57,767 nt of DNA, taken from Candidatus Methylomirabilota bacterium. Lineage in GTDB: Bacteria; Methylomirabilota; Methylomirabilia; Rokubacteriales; DASRDR01. This document shows, in pieces, positions 17,039 to 26,416 of the stretch (positions within the stretch are counted from its first letter, which is position 1; every line of letters begins with the position of its first letter). The notes beneath the pieces were generated by a model. That model did not search any database. It saw nothing but the letters and a program-made list of their open reading frames with translations, and was not told the DNA's origin. A program made the translations under genes and the position numbers. The DNA is taken from positions 1 to 57,767 of the forward strand of contig DASYUM010000147.1 of NCBI GenBank assembly GCA_036001225.1, written 5' to 3'.

Positions 17039-19075
17039 TCACAGGAGAGATCGGGGCCGACACCACTGGGCGCCGAGGATCCCTTGGGTCAGTGACCTCA
17101 GCTTCGGAGAGGAGCGCTCATGGGGAGTACTGCTCACGCTGGCGGCGCAGCACCCGCGCGTGACGTCGGGACAGCACCGCTGCCCAACCCCGCAGCAGCA
17201 GCACCCCGCGCCACACTGGCTGCCGGTTTCTCCCGGGCACCCGCCGGTGTCGATGCAGCACTGGGCCCCGGGCGATGGAGGTGGCGGAGTCGGCGGGGCG
17301 GACGGCGACGGGGCCTGGCTGACCGAGTGGATGAGCTCCCACGCGCCCTGCGTGAGGTGGACGATGGCGCCCGACGTCTCGCCGGCCAGCGAGGCCACCC
17401 GGGGCAGGATGAAGTGTTCCAGTGTCGTCTCGATCACCGCGACGCCCGCCTGCACCTGCTGGATGGCCCCGGGCGTGCTCTGTCCCAGGGCGCCGCCGAC
17501 CGCGATGATCCCCGCCCCTCCGACGATGGTGACGTAGATGAGGGCGGCCGTCGGGAGAGCCAGCGCCGCCGCCGGGACGCCGGCCAGCGCGAGGATGCCG
17601 AGCGCCACCGCGCCGGTGCCGGAGACGATGCCGAACCCGGTCGTGGCCGCCTCGGCGGTGTGGCAGTTGACTTGCTGGTACGAAGCGAAGACGACATCGC
17701 GGGCCAGGGGACTCAGGTCGGCATCCGGGTTCTGGGCCGCCTGGGCGAAGGCTGCGCCCTGGGCGCCCATGCAGCCGCCCTCGGCAACCGACGGGCTCAC
17801 CGACTCCGGGAAGTCCGCGACGCTGGCGACGGACGGAAACGGCTGGGCCAGCGCCGCGGCCATCGCGACGAGCGCGCGGTCCACGCGGGCCAGCTCGGTG
17901 GCGCCGATGGTGAGCGGCCTCCCGGCGAGGGTGCCGAGGCTGAAGGTGCCGAGGGGGTTACTCCGCACGGCGTCGACGGCGTTGGCGAGGGCGCCGAGGT
18001 TACCGGCCTGCGTGTTGAGGGCCGAGTCGACAGCCGAGCCTCCGAGGCCCAATCCCGTCAACGCCTGGTGACCGCCCTGGGCGCCGGCCACCGCCCCGCG
18101 AAGAAGGCTCGAGGTGACCGTGCCCGCGATGTGGGCCGAGGTCGGGAGATCCTGGATCTGGAATCCGGGGATGACGTTGGAGACGAGAAGCCGACCGGGC
18201 AGGGTCTCGACGACCTGGACGCCGACGACGCCCGGCAGCGACTGTCCGCTGGGACCCATGAAGATGGGGATGGCGGTCGCCACCACGGACTGGTTCACGA
18301 ACAGCGGGGGCACCGACACCGCGAAGCTCGCCTCGTCGGAGAAGAGGATCGACACGTCCCCGGTCGGGTCGAAGCCCGTCCCCGAGAGGATCAAGATCTG
18401 TCCCGGCCGCCCGCCCGGGGAGCTGAGGCCGGCCAGCTGGAGGGTCGGTCGAACGAACTCCACGCGGGCGGTGGCCAGAGCCAGGACTTCCAGCGTGCCG
18501 GCCCGGAGGGCGGCGAAGAACAACGTGTACACCCCGGCCGGCTCGCCGCCGCTCCAGGTGTAGCGAAACACCTGCGTGTCATTCAAGAGGAGCGCGCTCG
18601 AGAGGTCGACGCCGGCGAGGATCGGGTGCCAGGTCGACGGGTCCGACAACCGCCCCACCGCGGCCCCGCCGAACCCGGGATCCGTCAGAAAGACCAGCGT
18701 GTTCCCGTCGGGGAACAGGGCACCGAAGAACAGATCCACATGGAGAGATTCGAGGGTGGGGGCCACCCGCACGGACACCGCCAGCGTGTTGCCGGCGGTG
18801 ACCGCGCTCGCATTCGTCGAGAGAGACAGGGCAACCGCGGCCACGGACGTCTCACGGTCGGCGCCCGCATCCGAGCCACTGGCGGGTGGCCCCTCCCCGG
18901 GCGCGGCGGCGTCCTCGGCGCTCGAATGCCATCCCATCGGTCCGAAGACCGAGAACAGCACGAGGACGGAGCAGAGCCAGTGCAGGGCGGGAGGGGTCCG
19001 GCGGACTGGCCGAGGGCGCGCGCATCGATCGTGAGCGGGCCGGCCAGGACTGGCGGGGGCGCGCATGAGCCTCAT
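17039..19075 (-). CDS. Large secreted/membrane protein with an IPT/TIG-like segment, two TM helices and a Cys-rich tail
   Basis: 678 aa. It has a hydrophobic N-terminal signal, a Gly/Ala-rich helical hairpin (GILALAGVPAAALALPTAALIYVTIVGGAGIIAVGG), then a proline-rich linker and a tail with 14 Cys in 38 aa. I recognise no named family. Confidence 0.55.
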   Translation of the reverse strand: MRLMRAPASPGRPAHDRCARPRPVRRTPPALHWLCSVLVLFSVFGPMGWHSSAEDAAAPGEGPPASGSDAGADRETSVAAVALSLSTNASAVTAGNTLAVSVRVAPTLESLHVDLFFGALFPDGNTLVFLTDPGFGGAAVGRLSDPSTWHPILAGVDLSSALLLNDTQVFRYTWSGGEPAGVYTLFFAALRAGTLEVLALATARVEFVRPTLQLAGLSSPGGRPGQILILSGTGFDPTGDVSILFSDEASFAVSVPPLFVNQSVVATAIPIFMGPSGQSLPGVVGVQVVETLPGRLLVSNVIPGFQIQDLPTSAHIAGTVTSSLLRGAVAGAQGGHQALTGLGLGGSAVDSALNTQAGNLGALANAVDAVRSNPLGTFSLGTLAGRPLTIGATELARVDRALVAMAAALAQPFPSVASVADFPESVSPSVAEGGCMGAQGAAFAQAAQNPDADLSPLARDVVFASYQQVNCHTAEAATTGFGIVSGTGAVALGILALAGVPAAALALPTAALIYVTIVGGAGIIAVGGALGQSTPGAIQQVQAGVAVIETTLEHFILPRVASLAGETSGAIVHLTQGAWELIHSVSQAPSPSAPPTPPPPSPGAQCCIDTGGCPGETGSQCGAGCCCCGVGQRCCPDVTRGCCAASVSSTPHERSSPKLRSLTQGILGAQWCRPRSLL

Positions 19076-19198
19076 GGCCGCTCCTCCGAGGCGGAATCGC
19101 CCACCGAGCCTACAGGGTAACCCTTAGGTAGTCAAGGCAGGGTCGGGCGTCCGCGCGGCCGGTCGTGGGCGCCGCGCCGAATGGAACGGCCGGGCCGC

Positions 19199-19226
19199 TT
19201 GACACTTCCCGGCCGCCGCTCATAAT
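19199..19226 (+). promoter_or_regulatory. Candidate sigma70-type promoter for the FAH gene
   Basis: TTGACA (19199-19204), a 16-nt spacer, then CATAAT (19221-19226), 40 nt upstream of ATG 19266. Confidence 0.5.
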
Positions 19227-19265
19227 GAGACGCACATTCCGAACCGCCCGCGGCAGGAGACTGAC

Positions 19266-20192
19266 ATGAAGCTCGTCCGCTATTCCCGCGACGGGTCCCC
19301 GATCGCGCTCGGCAGCCTGGTCGGCGAGCAGGTCCGCTGCCTCGCCGGTTCCTATGACCGCTACCTCCGGCTCCGCGGGGTGGCCGCGCGGGCCGAGCTG
19401 GCCCGGGCGCTCTTCCCGCCCAGCGCCCGCGGCTTCCTCCGCAACGGCGCCGCGGCCGAGGAAGCGGTCAAGACGATGGAGGACGCCGCCCGGGCCGGGC
19501 GCCTGGAGTGGGTCCAGTTCCCGCTCGCCTCGGTGAAGCTCCACGCCCCCCTCCCCGATCCCGAGAAGTTCATCTGCATCGGGCTCAACTACATCGACCA
19601 CGCCGAGGAAACCAACAGCCCGATCCCCAAGGAGCCACCGCTCTTCGCCAAGTTCTCGACGGCCATCATCGACCCCACGGCCCCGATCGTTCGGCCCAAG
19701 GGTTGTCAGAAGCTCGACTACGAGGTGGAGTTGGCCTTCGTCATGGGGCGCCAAGCCAAGGACGTGCCCCAGGAGAAGGCGCTCGACTACGTCTGGGGCT
19801 ACACCATCGTCAACGACGTGAGCGCCCGCGACTTCCAGCACGCCACGACCCAGTGGATGGCGGGGAAGATCTGTGACAGCTTCGCGCCGATGGGGCCGTG
19901 GATCGCCGACCGGGCCGAGATCCCCGACCCCCACGTCCTCGAGCTGTCGACCTGGGTCAACGGGACGCGGCTCCAGCACGGCAACTCGAAAAACCTGATC
20001 TACAACATCAACGCGCTGGTGGCCTACCTCTCCGCCCACCTGACCCTTGGTCCCGGCGACATCGTGGCCACCGGGACGCCGTCCGGCGTCGGCTTCACCC
20101 GCAAGCCGCCGATCCTCCTCAAGGGCGGCGACGTCGTCCGCATGGAGATCACCGGCCTCGGCTGGATCGAGAATCCGGTCGTCGAGGCCTGA
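19266..20192 (+). CDS. Fumarylacetoacetate hydrolase (FAH) family protein
   Basis: 308 aa with FICIGLNYIDHAEE, LDYEVELAFVMG and GDIVATGTPSGVG motifs. AGGAGA SD present. Confidence 0.85.
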   Translation: MKLVRYSRDGSPIALGSLVGEQVRCLAGSYDRYLRLRGVAARAELARALFPPSARGFLRNGAAAEEAVKTMEDAARAGRLEWVQFPLASVKLHAPLPDPEKFICIGLNYIDHAEETNSPIPKEPPLFAKFSTAIIDPTAPIVRPKGCQKLDYEVELAFVMGRQAKDVPQEKALDYVWGYTIVNDVSARDFQHATTQWMAGKICDSFAPMGPWIADRAEIPDPHVLELSTWVNGTRLQHGNSKNLIYNINALVAYLSAHLTLGPGDIVATGTPSGVGFTRKPPILLKGGDVVRMEITGLGWIENPVVEA

Positions 20193-20278
20193 GCCGATTC
20201 GAAGCGGGTTCGACCCCCGCCTGACCGGAGAGGGGCGAGCAAAGAGGCCCGGCTGACGCCCGCCGGCGGCGCCGCGGG

Positions 20279-21415
20279 CTACTTGGGCTGGGCCGGCGGG
20301 GTCGCCCGCCGGCGCTGCTGGAGGCCGCGGAGCACCCGCTCGGCCTGCTCCAGGTTCCGTCGGACGTTGACGTGATTGGGGTCCAGCTCCAGCGCGACCC
20401 GCCAGGCGGCGATCGCCTCCTCCAGCTTCTCCTCCCGATAGAGCCGCAGGCCCTGGTTGTAGTACTGCTGGACCAGCCGATCGCGCGCCTGCCGGAGCAG
20501 GACCGGCGCATCCTGGTAACCGGGGGCGAGCCGGGCGAGCTGGGTCAGGGTCTGGTAGGACTCCCCGTAATTCCGCTGCTCGAACTGCGCCTTCCCGAGC
20601 CCGTAGAGGATCGCCTTCTTGAGGTCGAGTCCCTCGACGCTCTGCGGGCTCGACCCCAGGACCAGCTCGACGTCGGCGAGGGCGACGGCGAAGTCACCCC
20701 GCTCCAGCGCCTCGCGCGCCTCGGCCAGCAGGGGGTTCGCCTCCGGCGTCTCGACCACCGCCGGCGGCGGGCGCAGCTCGGGCGCCGCGAACGGCACCCC
20801 CGGGATTTCGGGAATCTTCACGACCGCGCCCGCCGTCAGCCGGGCGTTGGGGGCCAGCTGGTTCGTCTCGCCGATCACCTCCCCCCGTGAGCGGTCGCCG
20901 TAGTAGCGCTCGGCGAGCCCGGCCAGCGTCTCGCCCCGACGCACGGTGTGGAGGACGAAGCGGACCTCCTTGACTTCCGAACGGAGGGCCTCGAACGCGG
21001 GGCGATTGGTGGGATCGGCGGCGAGCACGGCCAGGAAGTGGCGCCGGGCCTCCAGGTGGGCCCCGCGGGCGAGGGCCTCCCGCCCCTGCCGGACCCGGGT
21101 GGCGACCGTCTCCTCGATCTGGCCTTCCAGCGCCTTCCTCCGCGCGCGGGCGACGGCGTCCCCGGGGTCGATGGTGAGGGCGATCTTCCACTCGTCCAGG
21201 GCCCGGCGCAGGTCGCCGGCGTGCTCGAGCTGGTCGGCCCGGTGGCGATGGTCGGCGGCCAGGGCGGCGGCCGGCGACCGCGCCGGAGCCGCCGGCGGCG
21301 AGGCCGGCGGGGCCGGCGCCGCCGGTGAGGGCGGCGTCGGGCTGGCCGCCGCGCACGCGCTGACGGCGGCGGCCAGGCTCAGGAGCCCGAGCCGGCCGAG
21401 CTGGCGGCCCCTCAC
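20279..21415 (-). CDS. Lipoprotein with LysM domain and TPR repeats
   Basis: The GTG start at 21415 overlaps the upstream stop (GTGA). Lipobox AAVSAC. LysM segment HTVRRGETLAGLAERYYG...AGAVVKIP. TPR-like repeats lie on both sides. Confidence 0.7.
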   Translation of the reverse strand: MRGRQLGRLGLLSLAAAVSACAAASPTPPSPAAPAPPASPPAAPARSPAAALAADHRHRADQLEHAGDLRRALDEWKIALTIDPGDAVARARRKALEGQIEETVATRVRQGREALARGAHLEARRHFLAVLAADPTNRPAFEALRSEVKEVRFVLHTVRRGETLAGLAERYYGDRSRGEVIGETNQLAPNARLTAGAVVKIPEIPGVPFAAPELRPPPAVVETPEANPLLAEAREALERGDFAVALADVELVLGSSPQSVEGLDLKKAILYGLGKAQFEQRNYGESYQTLTQLARLAPGYQDAPVLLRQARDRLVQQYYNQGLRLYREEKLEEAIAAWRVALELDPNHVNVRRNLEQAERVLRGLQQRRRATPPAQPK

Positions 21416-22527
21416 CGAATCGGCTCCGAATTGAAGGTGTTGAGGTTCTTGGCGAAGTCCTCCAGCGTCATCTCGGCGTAGATCTGGCTCCGATGGGCGC
21501 GGAGCGGGTACACGAAGGCCGGGTTGCCTTCCCGCCGGACCGTGAACGCCGCGCCATAGCCGTACTGGACGACTTTCTGGAGCAGATCGTCGTCCTGGAA
21601 GCCGTAGGGGTAGGCCAGGATGTCGGCCCGGCGGCCCAGGTGGCGCTCGAAGAGCGCCTGGGGGTCCCCCAGCTCCAGCTTCATCCGGGCGCTGTAGTCG
21701 GCGTCCGATTCCCCGGCCTTCCGGCGCAGGTCCCCGTGAGTCTTGGAGTGGCCCTGGATGTCGAACCCCTCCTGCTGGAGCCGGCGGAGGTCCTCCCACC
21801 GGAGGGCGTTGCGGCCGGCCCCGACATAGTCGGTATAGACGAACAGCGTGGCCGTGAACCCGAGCTGCTTGAGGACCGGATAGGCGTGGTCGAGAAAGGA
21901 CCGGTAGCCGTCGTCGAAGGTCAGGACCACCGCCTTCCGGGGAAGCTGCCGCCGCAACGAGATGAATTCGTAGAGCTGACGCAGGTGCACCACCCGGTAG
22001 TCGTGGGTCTTCAGGTAGCGCATCTGCTCCTCGAAGCTCTTGGCAGCAATGACCAGCCGGCCCCGAGCCTGGGAAGCCAGGTTGTGGTAGACGAGGACGG
22101 GCACCAGCTGGTAGCCGGACGGCTCGACACCGGCCAGATTCCAGGGCTGTTTGGGAATGACCACCGGTTGACCCGGCGCCGGCAGCGCTGCCGCCGGGTT
22201 GTAGTCCTCGATCATCCAGGCCTTGTCCGGATCGCTCAGGAAGCGGGCGGCGAGGCTGGCGGCCGTGTCGCCCGGCTTGGCGAAGGTGACGACGAAATCC
22301 TCGGACTCGAACGTCTGCGACAGCGGCGCCGGCTGCCGTCCCACCGGCCGCGGGGGCTCGCCGCGGCTCGGCGGCTCCCGCAGCCCGGGCTCATCCAGGT
22401 TGGTCGCGGTGGGAGACGGCGCCGGAGGCGGCGCCTCGCGGGGGAACCGGAGCACGCCGCAGCCGGCGGCGAGGAGGATGGCGGCCCCCGCCGCCGTGCC
22501 GCGGAGGACGCCGAGCGGACACCTCAC
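21412..22527 (-). CDS. Polysaccharide deacetylase (NodB-homology) lipoprotein
   Basis: 371 aa. Lipobox LLAAGC, an N-terminal LysM-like segment, and NodB motifs (LTFDDGYRS, HSKTHGDL). Confidence 0.8.
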   Translation of the reverse strand: MRCPLGVLRGTAAGAAILLAAGCGVLRFPREAPPPAPSPTATNLDEPGLREPPSRGEPPRPVGRQPAPLSQTFESEDFVVTFAKPGDTAASLAARFLSDPDKAWMIEDYNPAAALPAPGQPVVIPKQPWNLAGVEPSGYQLVPVLVYHNLASQARGRLVIAAKSFEEQMRYLKTHDYRVVHLRQLYEFISLRRQLPRKAVVLTFDDGYRSFLDHAYPVLKQLGFTATLFVYTDYVGAGRNALRWEDLRRLQQEGFDIQGHSKTHGDLRRKAGESDADYSARMKLELGDPQALFERHLGRRADILAYPYGFQDDDLLQKVVQYGYGAAFTVRREGNPAFVYPLRAHRSQIYAEMTLEDFAKNLNTFNSEPIR

Positions 22528-23948
22528 CCGGGCGGCTCCGGGCGATCGGGAGCCACCCCGGCCACCTCGTAGACCTCGACCGGAACTTCCTTCCCCCGCA
22601 CTTTGAGCATGCCGAGCGAGCGCGCCTGCACCCGCCCCAGCACCTTCTGGTAGGTAGGCCCGCTCATCAGGATCTGCCCCGGCCGGGCCTCGGACTCGAG
22701 CCGGGCGGCCAGGTTCACGCTGTTGCCGACGACCGTGTACTCCATGCGGTCCTCGGTCCCCACGGTGCCGGCCACGACCTCGCCGGCGCTGATGCCGATC
22801 CCCACCGCCACCGGTGCCTTCCCCTCCCGGGACCGCCGCTCGGCCAGCTCGGCAACCCCCACCTGCATCGCCAGGGCGGCCCGAATCGCCTGGTGGCAGT
22901 GATCCGGCTGCGGCAGCGGAGCGCCGAAGATCGCCATCACCCCGTCCCCCAGGAACTTGTCGAGCGTCCCGTCGTGCTTGAAGGTGGTGTCGATCATGAG
23001 GGTGTAGAACTGATTCAGCAGGAGCACGACCTCCTCCGGCGGCAGCCGCTCGGAGAGCGTGGTGAAGCCACGCATGTCGCAGAAGAGGACCGTCACCTCG
23101 CAGCGCTCGCCCTTGAGGACGAGGTGCTCGGGGTCCTTGAGGATCTCGTCCACCACCTCGCGGGCCACATACCGGCTGAACGCCCGCTTGATCATCTCCT
23201 TCTCGCGGAGGCTCCTCGCCATCCGGTTGAAGGACTCGGTGAGCGCCCCGATCTCGTCGCGGGAGGGGATGGCCAGCGAGATCTGGAAGTCGCCGGCCGC
23301 GATCGCCCGGGTCCCCTCGACCAGCCGGAGGATCGGCCGGGAGAGCAGGGTCGCCAGCCCCACCGCGCCACCGATCCCGGCCAGGACCATGACGACGCTG
23401 ATCAGGATGGTCTGGTTGCGGGCCCGGGCCAGCGTCTCGTCGATCGACTTCTGGCTGAAGCCGAGATAGAGGGCGCCGACCCGCACCTTGCTGAACACCA
23501 GGGGAACCGCGAAATCGATCAGCCGGCCCTCTCCGGGATCGGCGTAAGTCTGGACGAGGACGTCGTCACCGAGAGGCGCCAATCCGCTCGGCCGCTCCAG
23601 CGGCCGCCCCACCAGCGCGAGGTCCCGGTGGGCGACGATCTTGCCGTCGGGATCCGCCATGATCACGTAGGCGACGTCGGGGTCCTGCAAGGCGTCCTTG
23701 ACCAGGAGGCCGAGGGTCAGCTCGTCGTTGGTCAGGATCGGCTGCCGGGCGCTGGCGGCGAGGTTCTGGGCGATGGTGAGCCCACGCTTGGTCATCTGGA
23801 CGGTCAGGGTGCGCTGCTCCTGGCGAAGGAGGACCGCGGCCACCAGGAACACGGTGACCCCGAGCAGCAACGTGATGACCAGGCTGAGCTTGAGCTTCAG
23901 GGAGAGCCGGACCGCTCGGGGCCCGCTCACCGGCTGCGCCTCGGCCAT
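22524..23948 (-). CDS. HAMP-domain adenylate/guanylate cyclase (class III) with periplasmic sensor region
   Basis: 474 aa with two TM segments, a HAMP domain (PILRLVEGTRAIAAGDF...) and a cyclase domain (VTVLFCDMRGFTTLSE, FLGDGVMAIFGAP). Its stop overlaps the next gene's start. Confidence 0.85.
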   Translation of the reverse strand: MAEAQPVSGPRAVRLSLKLKLSLVITLLLGVTVFLVAAVLLRQEQRTLTVQMTKRGLTIAQNLAASARQPILTNDELTLGLLVKDALQDPDVAYVIMADPDGKIVAHRDLALVGRPLERPSGLAPLGDDVLVQTYADPGEGRLIDFAVPLVFSKVRVGALYLGFSQKSIDETLARARNQTILISVVMVLAGIGGAVGLATLLSRPILRLVEGTRAIAAGDFQISLAIPSRDEIGALTESFNRMARSLREKEMIKRAFSRYVAREVVDEILKDPEHLVLKGERCEVTVLFCDMRGFTTLSERLPPEEVVLLLNQFYTLMIDTTFKHDGTLDKFLGDGVMAIFGAPLPQPDHCHQAIRAALAMQVGVAELAERRSREGKAPVAVGIGISAGEVVAGTVGTEDRMEYTVVGNSVNLAARLESEARPGQILMSGPTYQKVLGRVQARSLGMLKVRGKEVPVEVYEVAGVAPDRPEPPG

Positions 23949-24020
23949 GGCTCCCTCCGCTTGATTCCGCCGGCAAGGCCGGACGGCGTTCTGAACGTAC
24001 CACGGAGCGCGCCTTGCCCG

Positions 24021-24737
24021 TCAATGGGTTCCCTGCACGGTGACGGTGGCCGGGCGGCGGCGGGCCGGGCAGGCGACGGCCCAGCAGCGGCGGCACTGGA
24101 CGAAGTAGTGATCCACCCGGGCGGCGCGGCCGACGCCGACCAGGCAGGAGATCGTCTTGGCGGGGGTGAGGCGTCCGTCGGCCTCGAGGCGGACTCCCAG
24201 CTCGGCCGCGGGGAGGAGGCGGAGAAGCCTCGCGTGCTCGGTGAGGCTCCATCCAGCGAGGCCGGGGCTGATCCGGTTCGTCGCTCGGAGGCCGGCCGCC
24301 ACCGCCAGCTGGCACAGATGGTCGTTGGCCCACTCGGCCAGGCACTCCACCGCCGCCGAAGCGGCGCTGTCGAGCGCGGCGGCGGTCACCGGGTCGCCGG
24401 CTCCCCGGACGAGTGCCGCCGGCTCCTCGCCGATCGTGACCACGAGGGCGATGACGGCCTCGACGGGCCCCCAGTGGCGGCCGATGGCCGGAATGTGCAG
24501 CCGGACGCCGTGCTCCAGCGTGAGGCTGTCGAGCGCAGCGGCCGCCACCGCCACCCGGCGATAGGCCAGGCGCGGGCGCACGACGCGCGCCATCGCCTCG
24601 CGCGCAGCGTCCAGGTGGCGCGCCACTTCGGCCGGCGAGAGCCCCAGCGACGGCTTGTGAGCCTGGAAGGCGTGGACCTCGGCGGGGTCGATCGCGAGTG
24701 GCACGTCGCGGAGGACGACGGGCCCGGGCGGAAGCAC
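24021..24737 (-). CDS. Methionine-synthase activation (AdoMet-binding/reactivation) domain-like protein
   Basis: 238 aa. It resembles the C-terminal activation module of MetH (RISPGLAGWSLTEH, GRLTPAKTISCLVGV). It is the last gene of the corrinoid / Hcy-methyltransferase cluster. Confidence 0.5.
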   Translation of the reverse strand: MLPPGPVVLRDVPLAIDPAEVHAFQAHKPSLGLSPAEVARHLDAAREAMARVVRPRLAYRRVAVAAAALDSLTLEHGVRLHIPAIGRHWGPVEAVIALVVTIGEEPAALVRGAGDPVTAAALDSAASAAVECLAEWANDHLCQLAVAAGLRATNRISPGLAGWSLTEHARLLRLLPAAELGVRLEADGRLTPAKTISCLVGVGRAARVDHYFVQCRRCWAVACPARRRPATVTVQGTH

Positions 24738-24806
24738 GCGGGGTCCCTCGGGGCAGTCAGTGCGCGGCCAGGGGGGCCAGGCGGCGGGGGACCGCGGCCG
24801 GACCGC

Positions 24807-25718
24807 TCAGCCGCGCTGGCGAGCGCGGACGACGTCGGCGATCAGGCGGATGTGCTCGGGCGTGGAGCCGCAGCAGGAGCCGACGATGGTGCAGCCGGCG
24901 TCGAGGAGGGCCGGATAGTCGCGGGCCATCGCCTCCGGTTCCAGCTCGTACGTCACGCGGTCGCCGGTGGTGATCGGCAGCCCCGCGTTCGGGTAGGCGA
25001 CCAGGGGAGCGTTGGTGACGGCGCGCATCTCGGCGACGATGACGATCGCGCGATCCGGCCCCCGCCCGCAGTTCATGCCGACCGCGTCGGCGCCGCCGGC
25101 CAGGAGCTTGTGGGCGACCTCGACCGGGCTCTCCCCCCACATCGTCCGGTCGCGGTCATGGAGCTCCTCGTACATGAAGAACATGGTGGCCATCACCGGC
25201 AGCCCGGTCGCGTCCTTGCAGGCGCGGATCGCGGCCAGCGCCTCCTCGGGGTACATCATGGTCTCGACCGCGAAGAGATCCACCCCGCCCTCGGCGAGGG
25301 CCTCGGCCTGCTCCTTGAAGTTCTCGTACAGCTCCTGCTCGGTGACGTCGCCGTAGGGCTCGACGATGTGGCTGGTGGGCCCGATCGAGCCGGCCACGTA
25401 GCCGGCTGGCGGGCAGACCTCCCGGGCCAGGTGGGCGCCTTTCTCGTTCAGCTCGCGCGTCCGCTCGGGGATCTTGTAGGCCCCGAACTTGAGCCGGGTT
25501 CCCCCGAAGGTGTTGGTCTCCACGAAGTCGGAGCCGGCCTCGAAGTACGCCCGGTGGATGCCGCGCACGACGTCCGGGTGGGTGTCGTTCCACAGCTCGG
25601 GGCAGGCGCCGTCGAGGAGGCCGGCCGCGAAGAGCATGGTCCCGTAGCCGCCGTCGAAGACGAGCGCGCCGCCGCCCGTGACCCGCTCCAACCACTCTTT
25701 GCCCTTACCGGCGCTCAT
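24807..25718 (-). CDS. Homocysteine S-methyltransferase domain protein (stand-alone MetH Hcy module)
   Basis: 303 aa with DGGYGTML, ETNTFGGT, MNCG and GSCCGSTPEHI (zinc-binding Cys triad pattern). The ATG overlaps the corrinoid gene's stop. Confidence 0.8.
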   Translation of the reverse strand: MSAGKGKEWLERVTGGGALVFDGGYGTMLFAAGLLDGACPELWNDTHPDVVRGIHRAYFEAGSDFVETNTFGGTRLKFGAYKIPERTRELNEKGAHLAREVCPPAGYVAGSIGPTSHIVEPYGDVTEQELYENFKEQAEALAEGGVDLFAVETMMYPEEALAAIRACKDATGLPVMATMFFMYEELHDRDRTMWGESPVEVAHKLLAGGADAVGMNCGRGPDRAIVIVAEMRAVTNAPLVAYPNAGLPITTGDRVTYELEPEAMARDYPALLDAGCTIVGSCCGSTPEHIRLIADVVRARQRG

Positions 25719-26407
25719 CGCGCGGGACTCTCCGCACCGGTCGCGACGAGTTGCTTGGCCTTGACCACGGCGAGAGTCGAGTCCCTGGCGTAACCGTCGG
25801 CGCCGATCTCGTCGGCGAACGCCTGGCTGACCGGGGCGCCCCCGACCATGACCCGGACCCGCTCGCGGAGGCCGGCCTTGAGGAGGGCGTCGATCGTCCG
25901 CTTCATCGCCGGCATCGTGGTCGTCATGAGGGCCGAGATGCCGACGATGTTGGCGCCGTGCTCCTCAACCGCCTTGCAGAACGCCTCCGGCGCCACGTCG
26001 CGGCCGAGGTTGACCACTTTGAAGCCGGCGCCCTCGAGCATCATCGCGACCAGGTTCTTCCCGATGTCGTGGAGGTCGCCCTGGGCGGTCCCGATCACCA
26101 CGGTGCCGACGTATTGGCTGATGCTGGCGGCGGTGATCAGCGGCTTGAGGAGGTCGAGGCCGGCGTACATCGCCCGGGCCGAGAGGAGCACCTGGGGAAC
26201 GTAGTACTCGTTGCGGCGGAACTTTTCCCCGACCACGTCCATGCCGGGGATCAGACCCTTGAAGATGATCTCCTTGGGGTCGAGGCCGAGGTCGAGTCCC
26301 TCCTGGGTCATCCGACCGACCGTGTCCCGGTCGCCCAGGATGAGCGCGCGCGCGATGCGCGGGTAGTCGTAGCTGCCGTCCTTGCCGCTAGGCACCGGCC
26401 GTCCCAC
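25715..26407 (-). CDS. Cobalamin-binding corrinoid protein (B12 cap plus B12-binding domain)
   Basis: 230 aa with the DxHxxG signature (GDLHDIGKNLV) and the Rossmann-like GISALMTTT / VMVGGAP pattern. Confidence 0.8.
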   Translation of the reverse strand: MGRPVPSGKDGSYDYPRIARALILGDRDTVGRMTQEGLDLGLDPKEIIFKGLIPGMDVVGEKFRRNEYYVPQVLLSARAMYAGLDLLKPLITAASISQYVGTVVIGTAQGDLHDIGKNLVAMMLEGAGFKVVNLGRDVAPEAFCKAVEEHGANIVGISALMTTTMPAMKRTIDALLKAGLRERVRVMVGGAPVSQAFADEIGADGYARDSTLAVVKAKQLVATGAESPAR

Positions 26408-26416
26408 TCGGTTGTA

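Noticed and set aside
14382-17537. 1051-aa plus-strand ORF spanning the binding-protein gene, panE and beyond
   Set aside because: It is antisense to two well-supported genes and its translation is R/G/P/D-rich with no recognisable domain. The same reasoning applies to 22893-25793 (+, 966 aa), 17120-19120 (+, 666 aa), 47857-49734 (-, 625 aa), 49548-51146 (-, 532 aa), 25751-27340 (+), 1411-2559 (-) and similar track entries.
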